Assembly: GCF_006345805.1 (NCBI RefSeq)
Contig: NC_042998.1
Span: 22,754,001 to 22,818,000, forward strand
Direction of reading: 5' to 3'
Source of the DNA: Octopus sinensis
Taxonomy: Eukaryota
Length of the DNA: 64,000 nucleotides
Below the pieces are notes generated by a model. That model was not told the DNA's origin. It searched no databases and worked only from the letters and a program-made list of their open reading frames with translations. Position numbers and translations under genes: made by a program. Positions 1 to 12,114 of the stretch are shown one piece after another. Position 1 is the first letter of the stretch; each line of letters opens with the position of its first letter.

Positions 1-978
1 GTGCGAACATTTCAGTAGGGGGTGGGGTGGTGGGGCTGAAAGAAAAATAGGTGGAAGATTTGATCAATTCTTTATGCTAAAGAAGTCACTATCTCCTTAG
101 AGTCTGAAATAAAGCTAACATCAGCCAGCTAAAATAAAATTTAAACGGATGTAAAATTGATAAATAAAGGGAAATATTAAATATTGAAGTAGTTTGAATA
201 AAGAAGTGATGCTTCTAGGACACATGTGTGCGTGTGCGTGCATGTATGTGTGTGTGTGGAGAGAGAGAGAGAGAAAGAAACAAGCATCTACATTTTGTAC
301 TTGAATAATTTAGAATAAGAGACAATTCTGGTTAAGATTATTGTCATACGCAATTGCTCTGCAGTGCAATGATGAGCTAAAGAATCATAATCAATTTATA
401 GTTTGTATTTATCTCAATTTTCAATTAGTAAATCCAAGTTAAGATTTTTGTATATCTTTATAATCATCTTTATATTCTTGTAAGTTAGAGTTGCACCACA
501 TTCTCCTTGAATTGCACTGCCCTGCTAATTCAAAATCTATCTCTGTGAATATTATATTTGATACACTTAAAAACATGAAAGAGGAAAAAGCTAAGACACA
601 ATTAAATTTCCTTTAGTAGATGGAAAGAGTTTATTTAATTACCTCGAATAAGAGAGACTCCTCTTTAAACGTAAGCTGTTATCGATGAGAAGAGTGCATG
701 TACCACAAAGCACATATCACGTACGTTTACATTATCTAGATGAAGAGAGTTAAAAACCATTCTCGTATTCAGCTGTTACTTTAAACTTCAGCTGGAATTA
801 TAAGTTGGAGGCTTCAAAACTCTAAGATAAGGATAATGTGAAAGTTTCATGCGAAATGCAAATTGATGTTGTAATTTTGTGCAAATGTTTCCATTACTAT
901 GCTTTCCAGTGTCCCCACCAACCAACTTTTTTAAGACCCTATAAACTTTGCGTTGAACACTTTATAAATTTTATATTT

Positions 979-1207
979 CTATTCTATGATGATGACAACA
1001 ACGATGATGATGATGATGATTCTTCATTGAGCTCCATAATTACTTGTTTTGAAATCTGTCAAAGCAAAGCAGGAGCATTATTATTATTATTATGATTATT
1101 ATTATTGTTATTATTATTATTATTATTATAATTATTACTATTATTATTATTTTATTATTATTTTTATTATTATTATTACTATTATTATTATTATTATTAC
1201 TATTATT
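979..1207. repeat. (GAT)n and (TTA)n microsatellites
   Basis: Directly visible; source of spurious poly-D/Y/I ORFs. Confidence 0.95.
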
Positions 1208-1395
1208 ATAATTTCTAAATCAAATAAACTTCTCTGTAGAATATTCTGATAATCCCATTTCATTCTAGTTAAATCAAGTTAAGTTTTCTATGAATGACTC
1301 CCAAGTATGTTACATTAAATAAAGCTAAGTAAGTTTTTCCTTTACACTTTCTATAGTTGGCACAAATTATTTACACATTTTCTTCTCTTATAGAC

Positions 1396-2694
1396 ATGAA
1401 AACTCCTGTTGGTAGTGTGGGACAGTTTGTTGACCAAAGCATAGCCAAAGTGGAGCCCATAAGCAGTATGAAACACTTGGTTGGCCATGTAGACACCACT
1501 ACAGTAGAGTCAGTTGTGAGTGGGGTGAAGTTGGTTCACCAAATAGTCCCCAAGAGAGAATCAACTTCGGCCTGTGAAGACCAGGGCTCAGAAATTCATC
1601 TTTCTTATTCACATAAAGATAACTCAAAGAATAAGAATCCAAACGCTGATTTGTTTTGTTCGGCACCAGGTTCTTTTCAACCTCCTTTCTCAAACCCTCA
1701 AACAACTGTTAAACCACATTTATCTCCAAAATCCAAATCCAGCATTTCAACACCGACATTCAATTCTAATTTAACACGGCAGCTAATTCTCCGTAGAACT
1801 GCTAGTCCCTCAATGAAGGTTTTTAGGAAAACTTTAAACAAAGCACTTAGACTTTCCTATCAAAAAGCATCCAATTTTAACATTAAGGGGTTAAGTACTG
1901 ATATGAAATCCCCGAATATAAAATTCTCGAATCCATATTTTAAACCATCAGAGTCAGTTACCACTGAAACTTCATTAACCGCAGAAAGGAACCATGACAT
2001 TACCAACAGAACTCATATTCTTACTTTGCCCAAAAAAGATGATTTTGTGTATTGCCCAACCAATCAAGGAATATCAGATTTATCGCAAGTATTAAGTGCT
2101 CAAAAATCCATTAAATCCACATTGCCATTATCTTCTCCAGCTCACAAATTGAACCAAACCATGATGAAGGTACCGAACAGGTCATCACTCAAATCTACAT
2201 TGTATCAGTCTAAATACAAAGTAGGGAACTCATTGAGTCAGATTTCTTCTCCATTACCAACAGTGTCGCATGAAAAAATAAACGATTTTATATCTCAACA
2301 AGCTCCAGCCACTTTTAAAACTATCGAATCGATTGACCTTACCATTGACAATGACAACTTCCCCCGCAGACGCCGTTCGAATGCCATTTACCGTTCCCAG
2401 TTTTTGTGCACAACTTGTGGGAAATATTTCACTCGGAAATCATCTCTGAATGAGCACAAGAAGGATGTTCATGAGAAAACAAACGACAAATTTATCTGCT
2501 GCATATGTAGTAAACGCTTCACCCGTCCACAACATTTACGCGATCACATGAACATTCATTACATGTGTAAGCCACACAAGTGCACAAGCTGTGGTCATAA
2601 ATTTTTCAACAAAATCAGTTTACTCCGTCATAAACGGAAGTGTTATTCAGATCAATCCATTTCTGCCGCTGAACAGACAGTTACAGCAATATAG
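1396..2694 (+). CDS. C2H2 zinc-finger protein: long S/T/K-rich low-complexity N-terminus and three C-terminal fingers; probably the last or main coding exon
   Basis: Open frame 1357-2694. Fingers: FLCTTCGKYFTRKSSLNEHKKDVH (2401-2472), FICCICSKRFTRPQHLRDHMNIH (2491-2559) and C2HC-type HKCTSCGHKFFNKISLLRHKRKC (2575-2643). Pyrimidine-tract acceptors end at AG 1355-56 and 1392-93. First ATG is at 1396, so the true start may be in an upstream exon. Confidence 0.85.
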   Translation: MKTPVGSVGQFVDQSIAKVEPISSMKHLVGHVDTTTVESVVSGVKLVHQIVPKRESTSACEDQGSEIHLSYSHKDNSKNKNPNADLFCSAPGSFQPPFSNPQTTVKPHLSPKSKSSISTPTFNSNLTRQLILRRTASPSMKVFRKTLNKALRLSYQKASNFNIKGLSTDMKSPNIKFSNPYFKPSESVTTETSLTAERNHDITNRTHILTLPKKDDFVYCPTNQGISDLSQVLSAQKSIKSTLPLSSPAHKLNQTMMKVPNRSSLKSTLYQSKYKVGNSLSQISSPLPTVSHEKINDFISQQAPATFKTIESIDLTIDNDNFPRRRRSNAIYRSQFLCTTCGKYFTRKSSLNEHKKDVHEKTNDKFICCICSKRFTRPQHLRDHMNIHYMCKPHKCTSCGHKFFNKISLLRHKRKCYSDQSISAAEQTVTAI

Positions 2695-2858
2695 CACTTA
2701 TCTTTTGTACGAAGAGAGAAATCGAGAGAGAGAAAGCGAGAGAGAGAGAGAGAGATGTTTATCTGGTGCCAGAGGATATTTCTTCAGTATAGCATTCTAA
2801 GAACACTGATGAAATACCTCCTTGTCAGTAACTTGAATATCGTTTTCCTCCCTAAGGA

Positions 2859-2864
2859 AATAAA
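2859..2864 (+). promoter_or_regulatory. Candidate polyadenylation signal of the ZNF gene
   Basis: AATAAA 165 nt after the stop codon; the region is AT-rich, so a chance match is possible. Confidence 0.3.
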
Positions 2865-3224
2865 GGCTAATTTTGATAATATATATTTTGTTTTTCTGTT
2901 ATTTTTTTTCTATTCCATTTCGTAAAAAGCAATGTGTATACGGGTGTTTGTGTGTGTATTGAATGTAAACTAAAACAGAGAAAATATAAAATTAAAACAA
3001 AGAAAATTTAGCAGTAGGTTTATACTAATACACATGTATTTCTTTTAGCAATGAATATTTTTTTTTGTGATGTTTAAAAAAATACATTGCAGTTAAAAAA
3101 ACAGAAGCATCTTTAATGATAGAAATTTTTATTCTTTTATTTTGTGTCTCCTAATTTTTTTAGAATAATTTTTTACTGCACTTATTTTTCATTAATCTCT
3201 CAATAACAATGATGAAAATTGAAG

Positions 3225-3295
3225 TTATATATATGTGTATGTATTTATGTATCATCATGTATGTATGTATATATGTATATGTATGTATATATATA

Positions 3296-3326
<31 letters not shown>

Positions 3327-3469
3327 GTCTATATATATAAATATATATGTGTATATATAAATATATATATGTGTGTATATGTATATATATAAATATATAT
3401 ATATATGTGTGTATATGTATATATAAATATATATACATATGTATATATGTATATATATATATATATGTG

Positions 3470-3531
<62 letters not shown>

Positions 3532-3587
3532 AATATCTTTGTGTGTATATATATATGTATATATCTATATGTATGTGTATATATATC

Positions 3588-3640
<53 letters not shown>

Positions 3641-3680
3641 CATACAGGTATATATATATGGTATGTATATATATTAGATA
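3225..3680. repeat. (TA)n/(TATG)n compound microsatellite
   Basis: Directly visible. Confidence 0.95.
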
Positions 3681-4122
3681 TGCTAGACTAGCTATAAACA
3701 TGGATTTAGTGTGATTTAATAAGATTTTCTGAAAGAAATTCTTTTTGCTGTATTCTTTGACTATGATGTAGTATCACTAATCTGGATTAAAAGTTCCACA
3801 CTATCTCTTACAATTAAGTAAAACGAATGCAGGAAAAAAAAATAAAAAACAAAAAGAAATCAAGAATTAGTATAGGGTGTGTGTGTGTGTGTGTGTTTAT
3901 TGCAAGTCTGTCTTCTCAGATCTCACATAACCTTGTGCTGAGTATTTCAGTATTTATACATAGCAAATCAAACCAAATTACATTAATAACTAATATACTT
4001 ATACCAACACATACTAATCCTTATATTAGTTAGAGGGGGAAAAACTTTTTTGACTTGGTAAGAGCCATGAAATTTATTTTTGCTGTAATATTTAATACGA
4101 AATATACACTTACTATGCCATA

Positions 4123-4520
4123 TACTCTTTCACTATCTTACTGGTTTCACTCATTTGACTGTGGCCATGCTGGAGCACCGCCTTTAGTCGAGCAATTCGA
4201 CCCTAGGACTTATTCTTTGTAAGCCTAGTACTTATTCTATCGGTCTCTTTTGCCGAACCACTAAGTGACGGGGACGTAAACACACCAGCATCAGTTGTCA
4301 AGCGATGTTGTGGGGGGACAACCACAGACACACACACACACACACACACATATACATATATATGACAGGCTTCTTTAAGTTTCTGTCTACCAAATCCACT
4401 CACAAGGCTTTGGTCAACCCGAGGCTATAGTAGAAGACACTTGCCCAAGATGACATGCAGTGAGACTGAACCCGGAACCATGTGATTCGTAAGCAAGATA
4501 CTTACCACACAGCCACTCCT
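4123..4520 (-). mobile_element. tRNA-headed SINE family A (internal (TG/TA)n spacer)
   Basis: Head AGGAGTGGCTGTGTGGTAAG..GGTTCAGTC with A/B boxes and 3' end GTCAAATGA..GAAAC; same element as 35598-36023. Confidence 0.85.
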
Positions 4521-4596
4521 ATGCATATAGTTTATTTTCAAAAGGTAAAAATGGTTAAAACAAAACATATTTAGTGGGGTTTTTTAATGTATATAT

Positions 4597-4975
4597 AGGC
4601 ACAAGTGTGGCTGTGTAATAAGAAGCTTACTTTCCAGCCATAATGGTTCCAGGTTCAGTGCTCACTTCATGACACCTTAGGAAAGTGACTTCTATTATAG
4701 CTTTGAGCTAACTAAAGTCTTGTGAGTGGATTTAGTTGACAGAAACTGTAAGAAGCCTGTCGTGTGTATGCGTCTTTGAGTCTGTGTTTATCCACACTTG
4801 ACAGCTGGTGTTGGTATGTTTCTGTCCCTCTCACTTAACAGTTTGGCAAAAGAGACATATAGATTAAGTATCAGGCTTTTAAAATAAGCACTGGGGTTGA
4901 GCCATTCAGCTAGAAATTTTTCAAGGTGATGCTCCAGCATGGCTGCAGTCTAATGACCGAAATAAATCAAAGAAT
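4597..4975 (+). mobile_element. SINE family A, diverged; head-to-head with the previous copy
   Basis: Homologous to family A throughout. Confidence 0.8.
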
Positions 4976-4976
4976 A

Positions 4977-5275
4977 TCATCATCATCATCATCATCATCA
5001 TTTAACTTCCATTGTCCATGCTGGAATGGGTTGGACGGTTTGACCAGGGCTGGTAAGCTGGAAGGCTGCACAGGACTCCAGTCTGATTTGGGGGTATGGT
5101 TTTCTACGGCTGGATGCCCTTCCTAACACCAACCACTTTGTGAGTGTAATAGGTGCTTTTATGTGCCACCAGCACAGGTGCCATTTGTGTGACACCAGCA
5201 TATGCCATGAGTCCGATTTTGCTTGGCTTGATGGGTCTTCTTCTAAAGCATGACATAATGCCAAAGGTTTCGATC
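4977..5275 (-). mobile_element. 5'-truncated RTE-LINE 3' UTR copy (family C, (GAT)n tail)
   Basis: Contains the reverse complement of GGTTGGTGTTAGGAAGGGCATCCAGCC and a (CAT)n tail; matches the 3' end of 17647-18414. Confidence 0.8.
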
Positions 5276-5597
5276 GTATAAAAAGCGTTGTAGTTCACTT
5301 GAAGCATTGTAATATTGGAGAAAGTAAAAGAGAGAGAAAATAGAGAGCTTCTGACAATGTGAGAAGTTTTATAAAACCCTTACATTTCAGGTGCAAAGGC
5401 CCTTCAGAAGAAGAAAAACAGTCTGGGAAACATCCAGTTTTGCAGGTTCCGTTAACCCATTCAAATCCCCAAGAATTATATAACAGCAACAGTTACTCTA
5501 ATTAATACTCCAAGTGTTGAAGTAAACAAACTTCCACCTGTTGTTGTAGGTTATTCACCATCTGTAGGATGATGTGACAGCATTATCTTAATAGCAC

Positions 5598-5643
<46 letters not shown>

Positions 5644-6174
5644 CACCTATCAAATGTTACCAGCTGTCCGAGTGTTGGTGTAAGCAAATTTCCAACTGTT
5701 GTTGTAGTCAGTAGTTCCCAAACTTTTACAGGCTGCTGTGCCCTTGGCACCCAGGCCTCATTCCTAGTGCCCCCTCATACTCGCCACCACAAATATAGAC
5801 CACTTTCTGCAGCAAATTCAAAACAACTGTATTCCAGAAATTAAGCTTAAACCTAATTAGCCAATTAATATATTTTTTTTTACATCTCTCATCCCATTTT
5901 GGCCACCCCATTATCATCCAACTTTTTTTCAATGCCCTGCTGGATCTTTCCACTGCCCCAAACGAGGCAGTATTGCCCACTTTGGGAACCACTGTTGCAG
6001 GCCATCACCATCTGGGATGTGATAGCATTATATTAATATTAGTATTAGTAGTAGTAGCAGTCACCCTCCAAGTGTTGCCAGCTCTCCGAGTGTTGATGTA
6101 AACAAACCTCCAGCTGTTGTTGTTGGCCGTCCACCCTCTGTTGTATGGTATTGGTTTTAGTTACTGTGATGAAG

Positions 6175-7200
6175 TCATAGAAGCCACTGGCTCAAGTCCA
6201 ATTGACTGTTAATTTGGGGGTTGAGTCAGTGGACCAGTAGAGCCTCTTTTGTAAGTAAACTGCTGGTGTTCCACTCCGAGGCTAGTATGGATGTGTCTGT
6301 CTCCTTGGTGGTGTTGCCACATCTGGTCAGGTGGTTGTGGAAGGTGAGCGCATCGGCAGTGGCAGTGAGATGCTCCTTAATTCAGACATGGAGTGGTTGT
6401 GCTGTGCTACCTTTGTAGTGGTTGTTGCTTTTGGAGTATCGTATTTGGTATATTTATTTCTTTACTACCCACAAGGGGCTAAACACAGAGAGGACAAACA
6501 AGGACAGACAAAGAGATTAAGTCGATTATATCGACCCCCAGTGCATAACTGGTACTTATTTAATCGACCCCAAGAGGATGAAAGGCAAAGTCGATCTCGG
6601 CAGAATTTGAACTCAAAACATAATGACAGACGAAATACCGCTAAGCATTTCGCCCGGCATTCTAATGCTTCTGCCAGCTCACTGCCTTTTTGGTATATTA
6701 CACACTTGTTAGTGTCACAAATGGGGCAGTTCGTTAGTGTGCAGGGCTGTTGTACTGCAGATGACCACCTCATTGATAGGTGTTCACAAAGGGACGGTCC
6801 TGAATGGGCTGACCAAATGTCAAGTCCTTCTGTGCAGATAGCCTTGTTGATGGCAGAAGTGGTCTTCTCATTGAAGTGGGGAATCATTCAGGAAACAGGT
6901 TTTAGAGAGATCATTCTTTCTTGTGATGCTTAGCTGTTCTGTTTTCTCTTCTGCAGATGAGACATTAGACATATACCAAAGAGAGTAGAACACATGGTCC
7001 ACAGTAATTTGCATAAATGATATGGAATAAGCTAAGAGAAATAAATTCAGAGTGGCTTGTGGCACATACTTGAACAACAACAACAAATAAGAGTATATTA
7101 ATATTTTGCCTGTCTTGTATTCCAAATGTGATATGCCAGACATATTCTCTTGGAATTCTTGCATCAAATGTGATACACATTCCCAACTTTTTGAGTCACC
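6175..7200 (-). mobile_element. Degraded Penelope-like element: linker, Cys-rich region and GIY-YIG endonuclease
   Basis: Removing the SINE at 6455-6688 plus one TSD restores one frame: IPHFNEKTTSAINKAICTEGLDI..PCTLTNCPICDTNKCVIYQIRYSKSNNHYKGSTAQPLHV*IKEHL..FHNHLTRC..ILASEWN..LLTKEALLVH*LNPQINSQL. This matches the PLE VIY..C..C..YIG and EH..H..E.A..I..P.IN pattern. The two TGA stops are plausibly CpG-decayed CGA. Confidence 0.75.
6455..6688 (-). mobile_element. SINE family B with an 11-bp TSD, inserted into the Penelope ORF
   Basis: TSD TTTGGTATATT at 6444-6454 and 6689-6699. The middle motif GTCGACTTTGCCTTTCATCC..GGTCGAT..AAGTACCAG resembles the MetaSINE central domain (from memory, unverified). 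Confidence 0.85.
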
Positions 7201-7695
7201 AGAGTAACTTGAGACTTATGAAAGAAAAGCTTTATACTACACAGAACATACATTGCCATTGTGTGACACCTTGAGTAAGTGTCTTCTACTATTGCCTCGG
7301 GCCAACCAAAAGCCTTGTGAGTGGATTTGGTAAATGGAAACTTAAGGAAGCCTGCCCTATATATATGTGCATGTGAGTGTGAGTGTCTTTGTGACTGTGT
7401 TTTCCCCCTCCCCACCACTGCATGACAGCCTGTGTTGGTGTGTTTATGCCTCCATAACTTAGCAGTTCAGCCAAAGAAGCTGATACATCAGGCTTAAAAA
7501 TACTAAAATCCTTCCAAGCATTGCTCCAGCATGGCTGCTGTCTAATGACTGAAACAAATTTAAGATAAAAGATATAAAGCATGGGTTAACTAGAAGTCTG
7601 AAAAGAAGTGTGGACATTTAGGACAAACTTATGAAAATGCTTTGGACAGGCAGAAGGTTAAGTAGTATACAAGATTAATTCTAGATTTATTGAAA

Positions 7696-8081
7696 ACTAG
7701 CAGTATCGCTCAGCGTTCCTCGGGTTTGTTTCGACCCTTTGGAATTGGAATTTTTGAAAAGCAAAAACTTTGCATTATGTAGCTTGTTATTCTCTTTAAG
7801 TGAACATTTTTCTGGTTGAAATACACCGAAAAATGGCGACACATCAGTAAAAAAATCGTAAAAACTAGGGATTTTCATAGAAAAAAAGCACCTTTTTGAT
7901 GTAAATAATTTTTGGTGTTAACATGGTCCGATTTGAATTTTTTCTTCTACGGAAGGAAGAGCAAGCCTTCTATCATACACTCAATTTTGGTCAACTTGTG
8001 CCGCAGGGTCTTGGAGGAGATAGAGTTAGTTGAAGGCTACCAAACCTGCCATACACAGACAACTTCAGCTTTATATATAGA
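7696..8081 (+). mobile_element. Non-autonomous Helitron/Helentron-like (HINE/DINE-1-type) element
   Basis: Starts ACTAGCAGTATCGC and ends CAGACAACTTCAGCTTTATATATAG; a second copy lies at 48597-49022 on the opposite strand. Confidence 0.65.
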
Positions 8082-8694
8082 GAAATTTTCTTCACTTCTT
8101 CCTTTTGTATATATTCAAGTATCTTATCTCCCCTTTTTTATTTGGAGTTGCTACTTGTTGCTGCCAAATGATTGAACTCTGAAGTGGGAGATATTTTCAA
8201 TTAATCAAAATTTTATCTTGTATTCTATTGAATTCACCCTTATGTATTTGATGTTCCTATACATACCATTAACCATTGAGTTATTTTCTTCGGCTCATTT
8301 TCATTTCATTTATGCAAATTAATTCGTGTTATCCTGCTTCAGTCATGTAAATCACTCTATTGCTATCTTTTCTCCACATATAAATTAAACTGTCAATTAT
8401 GCTTGTCATTCCTTCTTACACCTCTTACATCAACCTACTGTCATTGAAAATTTCACTCTCGCTCTTTTTTTCCGTTTGCCTCTCTGATCAAGTCAAACAG
8501 ATAAACATCTTAAGACTTCCTCCCACTTTCATTTTACTGCTTCTCTCACCTCACTCCTTCATTGACTCTATCTCCCGAGCTTGACAATGAATAAGCATTC
8601 ACAGCTAATTTACTTTATATGGATGATATCTAACATAAGCACAAGGCCACAAATTTGGTGCATTATATCCTATTGAGTTAAATTAACTGGATTG

Positions 8695-9350
8695 GTTGTG
8701 TCTCTTTTACTCTTTTTTTACTCTTTTTTCTTGTTTCAGTCATTTGACTGCGGCGATGCTGGAGCACCGCCTTTAGTCGAGCAAATCGACCCCGGGACTT
8801 ATTCTTTGTAAGCCTAGTACTTATTCTATCGGTCTCTTTTCTGCCGAACCGCTAAGTGACGGGGACGTAAACACACCAGCATCGGTTGTCAAGCAATGCT
8901 AGGAGAACAAACACACACACACACACTTATATATATATATACATATATACGACAGGCTTCTTTCAGTTTCCGTCTACCAAATCCACTCACAAGGCATTGG
9001 TCGGCCCGGGGCTATAGCAGAAGACACTTGCCCAAAATGCCACGCAGTGGGACTGAACCTGGAACCATGTGGTTGGTTAGCAAGCTACTTACCAAACAGC
9101 CACTCCTGCACCTGTCTGGGGAGAGTCATTTTCTTTTTGGGCCTTATAACACACTCAACGGTAAAATTTCCCCTTTTTTCTTATTTTTATTCTCCTAAAA
9201 TTTCCGTTGCGTCTTGCAACCTTTTCAATAGTCAAAACTAGTGTGTTAAATTATAAGGCACAAAAAGAAAATTACTCTCCCCAGACACAACAGAATATGC
9301 TTCAACACACAAACTCATATAAAGAATCTTGCAAACCAAATCCAAAAACG
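8695..9350. mobile_element. Foldback (palindromic) MITE interrupted by a SINE A copy
   Basis: Arms 9113-9149 and 9251-9287 are 37-bp inverted repeats with 2 mismatches. The left terminus GTTGTG lies at 8695, before the SINE. A flanking direct repeat AACTGGATTG(G) occurs at 8685 and 9351. Confidence 0.6.
8704..9112 (-). mobile_element. SINE family A, full length
   Basis: Complete head, (CA/TA)n spacer and 3' half. Confidence 0.88.
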
Positions 9351-9739
9351 AACTGGATTGGTGTTTTATTTTATTTACTATGGCAGAATGAAGGGCAAAT
9401 TTGACCCCTGCGGGTTTTCAAAAAGAGATGTGACTAGTTATGGATATGGATTTTATTCAGCTTTCTTTTCATTCTGCCCTCCGTCCCACATTTTCTCTCC
9501 TTTTCTCATATTTTTCTCTCATTTTTTTGCTCTTTCTCAGAGAACAGCTATGTTTTACTTTGAATCTGAAAGACTGCAGGACAGTACAGGGCATGCTATA
9601 CAAGCTCTTCTGACTATTGTACTACTGGAGCATGTAGTTGCATATTATAGATTATACTGTTGTATCAGAACATGTAGTAGATTTTTGTAGCGTTTATTTA
9701 AATTTTGTTTTTACTTAATGATTATATATATATATATTT

Positions 9740-10046
9740 TATTTATGCGCCCTTTTCAAGCCTAGCCAGGCTCATGGGCCCTGTTTCCTGGTTTCTATGG
9801 CATATGTGTGCACCCCAATTGGATGGGACGCCAGTCCATCGCAGCATTACTCAAGAAACAGGAAGAGAGCGAGAGAAAGTTGTGGCAAAAGAGTACAACA
9901 GGGGTCACCACCATCCCCTGCCAGAGCCTCGTGGAGCTTTTAGGTGTTTTCGCTCAATAAACACACAACGCCTGATCTGGGAATCGAAACCGCAATCCTC
10001 CAACCACGAGTCCGCTGCCCTAGATACTGGGCCATTGCGCCTCTAC
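9740..10046 (-). mobile_element. tRNA-headed SINE family F, tail type 1 (partly re-duplicated at 10185-10400)
   Basis: Head GGCGCAATGGCCCAGT..CGGACTCG..GGTTTCGATTCCCAG is shared with 61035-61412; tail CTGCGATGGACTGGCGTCCCATCC. Confidence 0.8.
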
Positions 10047-11695
10047 ATGATATATATATGTATGCATATATCTATGTGATGCTCCCTCTTTCTTTCTCAT
10101 CTCACTTTCTAGGTAGACAATCCATGTATTCACCTCTTCAGCAAATCACCTACTCCTCTCCCCTCTATCATAGTTTCTATCATAGTTTCTATGGCATATG
10201 TGTGCACCCCAATTGGATGGGACGCCAGTCCATCGCAACATTACTCAAGAAACAGGAAGAGAGCGAGAGAAAGTTGGGGCAAAACAGTACAACAGGGGTC
10301 ACCACCATCCCCTGCCAGAGCCTCGTGGAGCTTTTAGGTGTTTTCGCTCAATAAACACACAACGCCTGGTCTGGGAATCGAAACCGCAATCCTCCGACCA
10401 TGATATCTGCTGCCCTCTTTCTTTCTCATCTCACTTTCTAGATAGATAACCCATGTATTCACCTCTTCAGCAAATCACCTACTCCTCTCCCCTCTATCAT
10501 AGTTTCTTATTCCTCCAGGGTCTTATCTTGTAGGTACTTTGTGACCTCACCAGTTTCAGTGCTATGTAAAAAGCACCCAGTACACTTTGTTAAGTGGTTG
10601 GCATTAGGAAGGGCATCCAGCTGTAAAAACCATGCCAAAGCAGACAGGGAACCTAGCAGAGGCCTTTGGCTCGTCGGTTCTTGTCAAACAGTCCAACCCA
10701 TGCCAGCATAGAAAAGAAGAAGTTAAATGCTGATGATGCTGATGATGATAATGATGGGCTTCTTTCAGTTTCCACCTACCAATTTTGTTATAGTAAAAAA
10801 GACACCAGCTCACAGCATCCACATAATGAGACCAAACCTGTAATGAAATGATTCCAGAGCAAACTTTTTAACCATACAGCCTTACCTGTGCCTTCTTTCC
10901 TATCTATCTGCATCCATCTATCAATCCACAATACTTATTACTAATATACATAGGGGAATAATTCTGCATGTTTTTCCCCCTCATAAAATGATTCCAAAAT
11001 CAGCTTACACCTTGTATGATAATGACAATTTTTTGGTTATTTTACCTTGATTTCTAAGTCCATCTTAGGCTACCTTTTTATAAACAGTAGTGCTTTTCCA
11101 TTACGTTCTTGCTAAATTTTCTTTTCAAAATTATAGTACATTACATGCCATATGACATCAAAATATGGTAGATGTTAGAATGTAATCTCCGGCACCATAT
11201 TTATCCATTTATGAATTTATTATCAAAGTAAGATGATTAGACTCACAGAAAACGTCGAAAGTCGATGCATTTTAGATATCTGTAAAATCCTCTTCGTATT
11301 TTTATGGTATTTGATTATGAATATTTAATCAGCTGTAAGATGGCATATGTGTACACACACACATGCTAATACACATGCATTGATATATTAAATGCGTTGG
11401 ACACAAGAACTTTTTTTTTTCTTGTAAAGAAAAATGATTGATCTGGCAAAATAGAAAAAAGTTAGTGATACATAATTTATTAATTTTGGAGAAAGAAAGG
11501 ACATATTTACATAATTCTCATTATTCATTAGTGCTTTTATTGTTTTGCTTTATGCACTAATAGCATTTTTTCTGACTCTTTAACATTCTGAGTTCAAATA
11601 CTATGAAGGTCAGCTTTGCTTTTCATCCTTTTAGGCTCAATAAATTCAGTACCAGTTGAGCACTGGGGTCAGTGTAATCACCTTTCACCTACCCT

Positions 11696-11873
11696 AGGCG
11701 TAGGAGTGGCTGTGTGTTAAGTAGCTTACTTACCAACCATGTGGTTCTGGGTTCAGTCCCACTGTGTGGCACCTTCGGAAAGTGTCTTCTACTATAGCCT
11801 TGAGCTGACCAAAGCCTTGTGAGTGGATTTGGTAGACAGAAACTTAAAGAAACCGATTGTATATATGTGTGTG

Positions 11874-11926
<53 letters not shown>

Positions 11927-12114
11927 TTGTCCTGCCAACATCGCTTGACAACCAATGCTGGTGTGTTTACGTCCCCGTAACTTAGTGGTTAGGCAAAAGA
12001 GACTGATAGAATAAGTATTAGGCTTACAATGAATAAGTCCTGGGATCGATTTGCAAGACTAGAGGCGTTGCTCCAGCATGGCCACAGTCAAATGACTGAA
12101 ACAAGTAAAAGAGT
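11696..12114 (+). mobile_element. SINE family A, full length
   Basis: A/B boxes, internal microsatellite and 3' GAAACAAGTAAAAGAGT. Confidence 0.88.

Noticed and set aside
2806-2850. CTGATGA in the ZNF 3' UTR (and CTGAAGA at 55092-55098, minus)
   Set aside because: No correctly placed stem II plus GAAA; chance heptamers.
3160-3714. Many long ORFs in (TA)n/(CA)n/(GATA)n tracts (also 16009-17611, 25069-26295, 44111-45617, 52807-53363)
   Set aside because: These are translations of microsatellites (YI/HT/MYV or homopolymer runs) with no coding signal.
10090-10145. CTGAAGA-GGTG..TACC-TAGAAAG on the minus strand (duplicated near 10430-10475)
   Set aside because: No NUH triplet and no stem I complement after GAAA.
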